NCBI GenBank assembly: GCA_018055515.1
Contig: JAGPHL010000001.1
Coordinates: 1 to 38,584, forward strand
Direction of reading: 5' to 3'
Source: Anaerolineae bacterium
GTDB taxonomy: Bacteria; Chloroflexota; Anaerolineae; B4-G1; SLSP01
Length of the DNA stretch: 38,584 nucleotides
Below, piece after piece: positions 26,182-32,112 of this stretch. How positions within the stretch are numbered: the stretch's first letter is position 1; every line of letters begins with the position of its first letter. Position numbers and translations under genes: made by a program. Under the pieces are notes generated by a model, which saw only the letters and a list, made by a program, of their open reading frames with translations, was not told where the DNA came from and did no database searches.

Positions 26182-28103
26182 AGTTCCTCCTCCACCGGAG
26201 CGGCCGGAGGCGTCAGATTGACCAGGACGCCATCCACATCCACCAGCGTCTGCAATGCCCGCGCCGCTTTGGAAGCCAACATCGGCAGGTCAAAGATGTC
26301 CGCCAGCTGGTCCGAGAAGCCGCGCAACTGCTGTTCCATTTCCACCCGCTGTCGAGCGGAGCGCACCATCCGCAAGCGCTGTAAGGCGGCGCTTGCCAGT
26401 TCCAGCAGCTGTTCGTACAGCAGGGCTTCAGTCGGTTCGAAGGGATGCAAGGTGTTGAAGAGGACCCCCAGAATGCCAAGCAGGCGCCCCTCCTCGTGAA
26501 AAGGCACCCAGGCCAGGCTCCGCAATTGCCCCTGCGTCGCCAGGCGCGCCAGGGCGTTGAGATCGTCGGTCTTCCACCCCGACGCTTCAGGCGCGGCGAC
26601 ATCAGTGACCAGCAGCGGCTTCTCCGCCTGCAAGACTCCCGGGATCAACGCCTCCTCCGCAAACCAGCGCGCCCAGGGGAACTGCAGGCCAGGGAAACGG
26701 AGGTGTTCGCCGCGGAGCTCCGCCGTCAGCGTCGCGTAAGCGCCGTCCTCAGACGGAATCAGGAGAAAAGCCCGGTGGGGGAAAGTCTCCTGCACGGTCT
26801 CCAGAATGGCGGCGTAGACTTCCTCCTCGGTGCGGGCCTGGGCAAAACGCTGCACTAATCTGTAGAAGGGACTGGTGGCCTCCAGAATCGCGGCCTGATC
26901 GCGCACACGGGAGGCATTGGCGAGCGCCGTCGCCAGCAGCCCCGCCGCCAAATCCAGCACCTGCAGCTCATCCACGTCGAAGAAATCAGCCTCGAGGCTC
27001 TGTAAATCCAACACCCCCAGCGTGCGCTCGCCGTGCCGCAAGGGCAGCAAGGCCATCGAACGCGCCTCCCGTAAACGCCAGGGCTCCAGGGGATCATGGG
27101 CAGCGAAAATCCGCGAACGTCCCTGCTGCCACACTTCCCCCAGAAGCGTGCCGCGCACGGGCATCCGGAAGGCCTCCTGCATCAGACGCCGGCCCGCCTC
27201 CGACGAAGACGCCCGCAGGACTAACGCCTGGCCCTCCTCGTCCGGCAGATAAAGGCCGACGTGATGCAGCTCAAAAATCCTGGCGCAGACCTCGACGGCG
27301 CGGCTCAATAAGGGCACCAGATCGAGCAAGGAGCTCGTCTCAGAGGCAAAATCCAGGGCGCCTTCGAGCAGAAAGACACGCCGCTGCAGAGCGTAATTCA
27401 CCTGCTGGAGGTTTTGCGAACGGGCATTGACCTCAGCCTTTTCGCGCTCCACTGCGGCCACCCGCTCACGCACCGCGGTCATCGCGGCGGTGAAACGGGG
27501 CACGAGATAACGCTGGATCACGATGAGCATGGTGCTGAGCAACGCCAGCGAGACGATGTCGCTCACCAACGAGACCGGCACCGGGCCGACGAGCATGGGA
27601 TCGTTGAGCGGCGGCAACGGCCAGACTCCCCTCACCCCCAACATGCCCACCGTGAGAAGTGTGAGGCTGCTCAATGCCAGCGCTGCAAAACCCTGCGGGA
27701 CGCCGTAGAACAGGGAGGTCAGCAACGCCAACGCCATGAAGAACAGGCGGGCGTCTTCCTTCCAGCCAAAAACCAGCAGGTCCGCTAGACCCAGCACGTA
27801 GAGCAGCAGCAAAATCCCCCCTACCTGGAGGGCATAGGGCACTTTGCGCCAGAAGACCAGGACCAACACCAACAGGTAAGCCACACCATAGGCGACTATC
27901 AGGGTGAAATACCCCCGCAAATAAACGCCATAAGCGCTGAAGGCCAGCGCCAGCGGGCCGACGATCGCAGCGGCCACCAACAGGCCGTGCGCCAACTGCG
28001 CTCGCCAGCGTTGGACTTCCTGCAAGGTAACTTCCGCAATGGCTACCTGCGAGTTCTCCGCATCCTCCTGCGGTCGCGATTTTAGCTGTTCCCCACTCTG
28101 CAT
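26178..28103 (-). CDS. First gene of the array: polytopic membrane domain, two GAF-like domains, tail
   Basis: I trimmed the ORF-track GTG 28160 to ATG 28103 (MQSGEQLK), which has SD AAGGAG 5 nt upstream. The product has about 6-7 hydrophobic helices and a coiled coil. The first GAF reads IFELHHVGLYLPDEEGQALVLRASSSEAGRRLM..ARSMALLPLRHGERTLGVLDLQS. The second GAF-like block is RSLAWVPFHEEGRLLGILGVLF. The tail is EQQLRGFSDQLADIFDLPMLASKAARALQTLVDVDGVLVNLTP. Confidence 0.85.
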   Translation of the reverse strand: MQSGEQLKSRPQEDAENSQVAIAEVTLQEVQRWRAQLAHGLLVAAAIVGPLALAFSAYGVYLRGYFTLIVAYGVAYLLVLVLVFWRKVPYALQVGGILLLLYVLGLADLLVFGWKEDARLFFMALALLTSLFYGVPQGFAALALSSLTLLTVGMLGVRGVWPLPPLNDPMLVGPVPVSLVSDIVSLALLSTMLIVIQRYLVPRFTAAMTAVRERVAAVEREKAEVNARSQNLQQVNYALQRRVFLLEGALDFASETSSLLDLVPLLSRAVEVCARIFELHHVGLYLPDEEGQALVLRASSSEAGRRLMQEAFRMPVRGTLLGEVWQQGRSRIFAAHDPLEPWRLREARSMALLPLRHGERTLGVLDLQSLEADFFDVDELQVLDLAAGLLATALANASRVRDQAAILEATSPFYRLVQRFAQARTEEEVYAAILETVQETFPHRAFLLIPSEDGAYATLTAELRGEHLRFPGLQFPWARWFAEEALIPGVLQAEKPLLVTDVAAPEASGWKTDDLNALARLATQGQLRSLAWVPFHEEGRLLGILGVLFNTLHPFEPTEALLYEQLLELASAALQRLRMVRSARQRVEMEQQLRGFSDQLADIFDLPMLASKAARALQTLVDVDGVLVNLTPPAAPVEEEL

Positions 28104-28249
28104 GGCGCTCCTTCGAAAATAGAGAGCAGTGAGAAGAGAGCTGTCGCAGCCTCTGCTCACGGGTTATAGCTCACATGGTAACTGTTCAGCCACTGACTAA
28201 AAAACGGAAGATTTCCTGGCGACTGCTGAAGATTGAGAATCAGCTTTTG

Positions 28250-28276
28250 CCCCCTATCCCCTGGCCCCTTCCCCCC
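28250..28276 (-). other. G-quadruplex motif on the minus strand (G6-AA-G4-CCA-G4-ATA-G5)
   Basis: The plus strand has C-runs at 28250-54, 28258-61, 28265-68 and 28271-76. The motif overlaps the left arm of hairpin 1. Confidence 0.6.
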
Positions 28277-28295
28277 GCGCACGCGGGGGGAAGGG
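28266..28295. other. Perfect GC-rich hairpin 1 (14-bp palindrome cccttccccccgcg/cgcggggggaaggg), followed by T8 on the plus strand
   Basis: I checked base pairing position by position: 28266-28279 pairs with 28282-28295. The T-run lies at 28300-28307. Confidence 0.9.
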
Positions 28296-28309
28296 AAACT
28301 TTTTTTTGT

Positions 28310-28348
28310 GGGGTTTTGCAGGCGGGCGTAGCCCGCCTGCAAAACCCC
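28310..28348. other. Perfect hairpin 2 (18-bp stem ggggttttgcaggcgggc / gcccgcctgcaaaacccc, loop gta), followed by tattttttc on the plus strand
   Basis: I checked pairing position by position: 28310-28327 pairs with 28331-28348. T-tracts flank it on the plus strand on both sides, so the minus-strand RNA would carry A-tracts. Confidence 0.9.
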
Positions 28349-28360
28349 CTTATTTTTTCT

Positions 28361-28398
28361 CCCCCTCCCCAAGGGCACAGGCACCGTTGGGGAGGGGG
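28361..28398. other. Hairpin 3 (12-bp stem ccccctccccaa / ttggggaggggg, 14-nt loop)
   Basis: 28361-28372 pairs with 28387-28398. Its right arm is also part of the plus-strand G4 motif. Confidence 0.85.
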
Positions 28399-28410
28399 CT
28401 GGGGGAGGGG
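28389..28410 (+). other. G-quadruplex motif on the plus strand (GGGGAGGGGGCTGGGGGAGGGG)
   Basis: Four G-runs of 4, 5, 5 and 4 are separated by loops of 1, 2 and 1 nt. The plus strand is the template strand for minus-strand transcription. Confidence 0.6.
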
Positions 28411-28553
28411 CAAAAGCTACAGCTTACAAAGGTTCATCCATCGCCGTCGAGCTACCTGATGCCAGACTGAACTATGACCGCACATTATCATTTTTGAATG
28501 ATGTGCGCCAGCACATGGCGTCTCCCTCGAAAATAGCGAATCGGCGAGTCACT

Positions 28554-28593
28554 CACGTTCGCACCTTCGCACCTTCACACCTTCGCACGTGAC
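28554..28593. repeat. Tandem 8-nt repeat (caccttcg x3 core, degenerate flanking copies)
   Basis: The units read cacgttcg caccttcg caccttca caccttcg cacgtgac. The block ends 23 nt below the histidine kinase stop codon at 28616 (that is, downstream on the minus strand). On the coding strand the unit is CGAAGGTG, which is SD-like. Confidence 0.9.
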
Positions 28594-28615
28594 GGCTCAA
28601 CCTGTTCCAGCAATC

Positions 28616-31051
28616 TCAAAATTCCCGGTGTATTTCGCGACCTCTAGCGTCTTTTGTTTCCGCCACGGGCAGTGAAAACGTGAAGGTACTGCCCTTGCCA
28701 ACTTCGCTGTCCAGCCAGATCTGCCCCCCATGGAGCTCGACGAACTCCTTGCACAAGGCCAATCCCAGGCCCGCCCCCGCGGGTTGCGCGGCCTCCTCTG
28801 TGACGTCTCCTTCACCCGCCGGATTCGCCGCCGGGACATGCGCTTTTTCAAAACCGGAGAAGATCCGTTCACGGTCCTGGGGATAAATCCCCATCCCGGT
28901 GTCACGGACGCTCACGTAACTCATCTCATCATCAGACCAGGCGCGGATGCCGATCTCCCCCCGTCTGGTGAATTTGGCCGCATTGGAAAGCAAATGCAAT
29001 AAGACTTGTCGGATGCGGTCGGGATCGCCACGGATAGGCGCCAGTTGCGGCGAGATTTCATGGACCAGCTGCACGTCATGGCTCCGAATCATGGCGCTCG
29101 CTGTCGGCAACACGCTGAGGAGCAACTCCCGCAAGTCCACAACCTGGTAGCGAAGATCCAACAATCCTGCCTGAATCTCAGAAATGGTCAGAATATCGTT
29201 GATAAGGTCCAACAGCTGCTGGCTGTTGCTGTGAATGCGTTGCAGGTCAGCGGCTTGCTCCTCAGTCAACGGCCCATCGAAGCCCTTCAACATCAGCCGG
29301 GAAAATCCCAGAATGGAGTTGAGCGGGCCGCGGAGCTCATGCGACATATTCGCCAGAAAGCGCGCCTTGAAAGCCTCGTTGTCTTCGAGTTGCTGCGCCG
29401 CCAGACGTTCGCGTTCATAAGCGCGGGCATTCTCCAGAGCAATGGCGACCTGATTCGCCAGGTGCTCGAGCACCTTAACGTCGTCCTCCTGCAGGCTCTC
29501 GTACCCGGAGTTACGAACGGCCAACACCCCCAACACCCGCCGCTCCATCTGCAACGGCGTGCTGACATACGAAGTGATGCGGCGATTCCATTCCGGCTCC
29601 TCTCCATCGAGGGGCTCATGGATGACCTGCGAGCTGCTCTTCCGCAAGGCTCGCCCGATCACTGTGCCATCGCCAGCATGCACGATTTCCGGCCATTGGA
29701 TGCCTGCAGGACTGACGGCGTGCAGATGCGCTTCCGCCCCCCCCGGCTCCACCAGGTACACCGCGACGGAGACGTAGGAAAAACAATCACGGATACGATC
29801 CGCCACCCGCTCCAGCAGGGCCTGGGGATCTCGAATAGACGTCACCGCCTGGCTCACTTCCAGGCTGGCCTCCAACTGGATCGCGCGGCGTTGGATCTGA
29901 TAGTTGGCCTTCTGCAATAATTCAGTGCGGGCGACGACTTTGGCTTCCAGATCCTCGTAGAGCGATTTGAGCTCGCCCGCCATCTGGTTGAAGACATACG
30001 TGAGAATGCCGATCTCATCGCGGGACGCCACCGGCACGTGCTGATCGAGGTTACCCGCCGCCATCTCCAGCGCCGACTCGGTGAGCCGGATGACCGGACG
30101 AGTGATCTGACGAATCACGAGCGCCGAAATCACCGTCGTCAGCAGCACCACGGAGAGCAAACCACTGATCACCGTCGTCTCGATGAGCTCCGTAGGAGCC
30201 AGGACCTCGCTCTGCTCCTGCTCGACCAAAATCCCCACATCCGCCCCGGCAAGCGGGGAATAGGCGCCCACAACGGGGACCTCCGCCGCGTTGGCATACC
30301 AGGCGCTTGTCGCCGCTGCACCGGCCAGCGCGACGCAGCTGCCTTCAGGCAAAGCCGTCGCCGACGCGGTGGTCTGATCCCCCAGCCAGACGTGATCCCC
30401 CTGCACCAGATACACGCGCCCCGTCTGTCCCAGAGCTACATCCAGCTGCAGGTTCCGCCTCAGCACAGCGGGGTCAAAACAGAGCACGAGCACTTCTGCG
30501 GCCTCGGGAAAAGCAATAGCGACCGGCGCTCCAGCGCGCCCCTCCGGCGCCGCCGTGAAGGACTCACAAGGGGCAGTGGCCAGCGGCTCAGGCAAGGTGC
30601 ACTCCCCCCACACCTGTTGCTCCGCGTCGTGCGACCACAAAGCGCCCTGTAGTTCCGGCATCTTGCGCTGGACGGCAGGCCAGAAATCACTCGAGACGCC
30701 AGCAAGACCCGCGTCTCCCGTCGCCTCGAGGGCAGAACGGAACAGCAGCGCCCGAGCCTGCAACCACGATTCCAGATTTTCAGCTTTTAAGGTAGCAATT
30801 AACTGCAGTTTGTTGGTGGCTTCTTGCTGCAGGCTGATGCGGTTCTGAGCCACAATATACCAGCCAATCAGGGCGAAAGGCACAATCGTCAGCGCTAAAA
30901 AAGCCGTCAACAGCGTCCGTCCCAAACCGCCGCGCATGCCAGTCGTAGGCAACGCCCGCGCGGTAGCAGCTGTGAACGTCGCCTGAGGCGCAGAGGACGT
31001 TGAAGATGAGGGAGAACCCGGTGGTGCAAACGCTTTTACTCCGGTTCCCAT
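28616..31051 (-). CDS. Sensor histidine kinase: TM, Cache-like extracytoplasmic domain, TM, HAMP, GAF, HisKA, HATPase_c
   Basis: ATG 31051 overlaps the end of the upstream response-regulator gene by 16 nt, with GGTGAGGAGG upstream. The HAMP is ITRPVIRLTESALEMAAGNLDQHVPVASRDEIGILTYVFNQM. The H-box is ANMSHELRGPLNSI, the N-box LLSNAAKFT, the G1 box RDTGMGI and the G2 box GAGLGLALCKEFVELHGG. It lacks the W-module and tail of the array proteins. An alternative start at ATG 30937 has no SD. Confidence 0.92.
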   Translation of the reverse strand: MGTGVKAFAPPGSPSSSTSSAPQATFTAATARALPTTGMRGGLGRTLLTAFLALTIVPFALIGWYIVAQNRISLQQEATNKLQLIATLKAENLESWLQARALLFRSALEATGDAGLAGVSSDFWPAVQRKMPELQGALWSHDAEQQVWGECTLPEPLATAPCESFTAAPEGRAGAPVAIAFPEAAEVLVLCFDPAVLRRNLQLDVALGQTGRVYLVQGDHVWLGDQTTASATALPEGSCVALAGAAATSAWYANAAEVPVVGAYSPLAGADVGILVEQEQSEVLAPTELIETTVISGLLSVVLLTTVISALVIRQITRPVIRLTESALEMAAGNLDQHVPVASRDEIGILTYVFNQMAGELKSLYEDLEAKVVARTELLQKANYQIQRRAIQLEASLEVSQAVTSIRDPQALLERVADRIRDCFSYVSVAVYLVEPGGAEAHLHAVSPAGIQWPEIVHAGDGTVIGRALRKSSSQVIHEPLDGEEPEWNRRITSYVSTPLQMERRVLGVLAVRNSGYESLQEDDVKVLEHLANQVAIALENARAYERERLAAQQLEDNEAFKARFLANMSHELRGPLNSILGFSRLMLKGFDGPLTEEQAADLQRIHSNSQQLLDLINDILTISEIQAGLLDLRYQVVDLRELLLSVLPTASAMIRSHDVQLVHEISPQLAPIRGDPDRIRQVLLHLLSNAAKFTRRGEIGIRAWSDDEMSYVSVRDTGMGIYPQDRERIFSGFEKAHVPAANPAGEGDVTEEAAQPAGAGLGLALCKEFVELHGGQIWLDSEVGKGSTFTFSLPVAETKDARGREIHREF

Positions 31052-31458
31052 ACCTCCTCACCCGCTAAAATCCGGCGAACCTGCTCAGGGAAGCGGTCGG
31101 GATCCAGAGGCTTGCCAATAAAACCATCGAAACCCACCTGCCGGGCACGGTCCACAAAAGGCTGGGCGGTGTTGGCAGTGACCGCTACAATGGGCACATT
31201 CTTGAGCTGGGGATGAGCGCGTAAGGAGGCCAACGACTCGAAGCCGTCAGCATCGGGGAGCATCAAATCCATCAAAATGAGGTCAATTTCCCCCAGGGTC
31301 TCGGCGAACTCCAGCACTTTCCAACCAGAGGCTTTCCATTCGCATTTTTTGACCCCCAGGAAAGCCAGCAAGCGCGTCATCAGCAGGAAATTGTTGAAGT
31401 TATCCTCGACGATCAGGATAACCGCGTCCCATGGTTGTTTGGGCTTACCCTTCATCAT
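31036..31458 (-). CDS. Single-domain (CheY-like) response regulator, no output domain
   Basis: I trimmed the ORF track 31036..31560 to ATG 31458 (or 31455). This start is MMKGKPKQPWDAVILIVEDN, preceded by GGAGAG, and overlaps the upstream gene's 3-prime end by 14 nt. Receiver hallmarks are IVEDN, DLILMDLMLPDADG, VAVTAN and GKPLD. Confidence 0.88.
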   Translation of the reverse strand: MMKGKPKQPWDAVILIVEDNFNNFLLMTRLLAFLGVKKCEWKASGWKVLEFAETLGEIDLILMDLMLPDADGFESLASLRAHPQLKNVPIVAVTANTAQPFVDRARQVGFDGFIGKPLDPDRFPEQVRRILAGEEVWEPE

Positions 31459-31831
31459 AACTCTCCAGGTGCAGGAAACGTGCGATTTGCTCAGGCAGCA
31501 AGTCCACATCAATGGGTTTGGGGATATAACCGCTACAGCCCGCCGCCAGAGTTTTCTCACGGTCCCCGTGCATGACGTTGGCCGTCATGGCCACAATAGG
31601 CACCTGGCGCAGTTCAGGGATCTCCCGCAGGCGCCGCGTCAACGCATACCCGTCCATCTCCGGCAGATTCATGTCCACCAGAATGAGATCGGGAATCTCA
31701 CGCTGTGCAACCTCAAGACCCTGAAAAGCGTTGGCTGCCTCGATGACGGTGTATCCCTCAATCATGAGAATGCGGCGCACCAACAAACGATTGTCCGGGT
31801 TATCTTCCACATACAGAATCTTTGCGCCCAT
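31445..31831 (-). CDS. Single-domain (CheY-like) response regulator, no output domain
   Basis: I trimmed the ORF track 31445..31888 (TTG start) to ATG 31831 (MGAKILYVEDNPDN, SD GAGAGGGA upstream). A TGGTATAAT extended -10 sits at 31889-31897. ATG 31855 is a possible alternative start. Receiver hallmarks are YVEDN, DLILVDMNLPEMDG, VAMTAN and PKPID. Confidence 0.85.
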   Translation of the reverse strand: MGAKILYVEDNPDNRLLVRRILMIEGYTVIEAANAFQGLEVAQREIPDLILVDMNLPEMDGYALTRRLREIPELRQVPIVAMTANVMHGDREKTLAAGCSGYIPKPIDVDLLPEQIARFLHLESYDEG

Positions 31832-31888
31832 ATCGTCCCTCTCACTGGAAGTCATCCCGATTATACACCCTGAGAGCTTTCTTACCAA

Positions 31889-31897
31889 ATTATACCA
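31889..31897 (-). promoter_or_regulatory. Candidate extended -10 promoter element (TGGTATAAT) for the RR-RR-HK operon
   Basis: The minus strand reads CTTTTCTATGGTATAATTTGGTAAG. TATAAT is a perfect -10 with a TG at -15/-14. There is no good -35 (CTATTG at 17 nt). It lies in a 224-nt AT-richer spacer, about 55 nt upstream of ATG 31831. Confidence 0.4.
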
Positions 31898-32032
31898 TAG
31901 AAAAGGGGAAGCAATAGGATAACTGTTGTGTTAAGAGCGTGTGACACTCACCAAAAACTAACATAATCCGCTAACGCCGCAGGAGAGCAAGCACAATTTC
32001 CACCGCCAGGATCACCAACGCCCGTAAAATGT

Positions 32033-32060
32033 GACCCCCGGCGCAGGGGCGTCGGGGGTC
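32033..32060 (-). terminator. Possible weak intrinsic terminator after the dehydrogenase large-subunit gene
   Basis: The minus-strand RNA would read GACCCCCG-A-CGC-CCCU-GCG-C-CGGGGGUC (8+3 bp) followed by ACAUUUUAC. It lies 53 nt after the stop. The U-tract is only 4 nt, so confidence is low. Confidence 0.3.
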
Positions 32061-32112
32061 TCACGAACCAGCACAGCGATCAACGTGGCGAAATGTGCCC
32101 GGCGCTTCCCCA

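Noticed and set aside
28266-28348. The idea that hairpins 1 and 2 are intrinsic terminators ending the kinase operon.
   Set aside because: The T-tracts follow the stems only on the plus strand. The minus-strand transcript would carry A-tracts after each stem. A canonical rho-independent terminator for the minus-strand operon is therefore not supported.
28157-28459. Small ORFs crossing the structured spacer (28175..28459 plus strand, 28157..28384 minus strand).
   Set aside because: Their translations (PPIPWPLPPAHAGGRE.., GRGRKNKG..GGKGPGDRG) are simply read-through of the GC hairpins and G/C runs. They have no SD and no plausible fold.
28597-28905. Minus-strand 102-aa ORF overlapping the 3-prime end of the histidine kinase gene.
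   Set aside because: It lies in an alternative frame inside the HATPase-coding region, whose own frame shows the G1 and G2 boxes. Its composition is R/S/P-rich.
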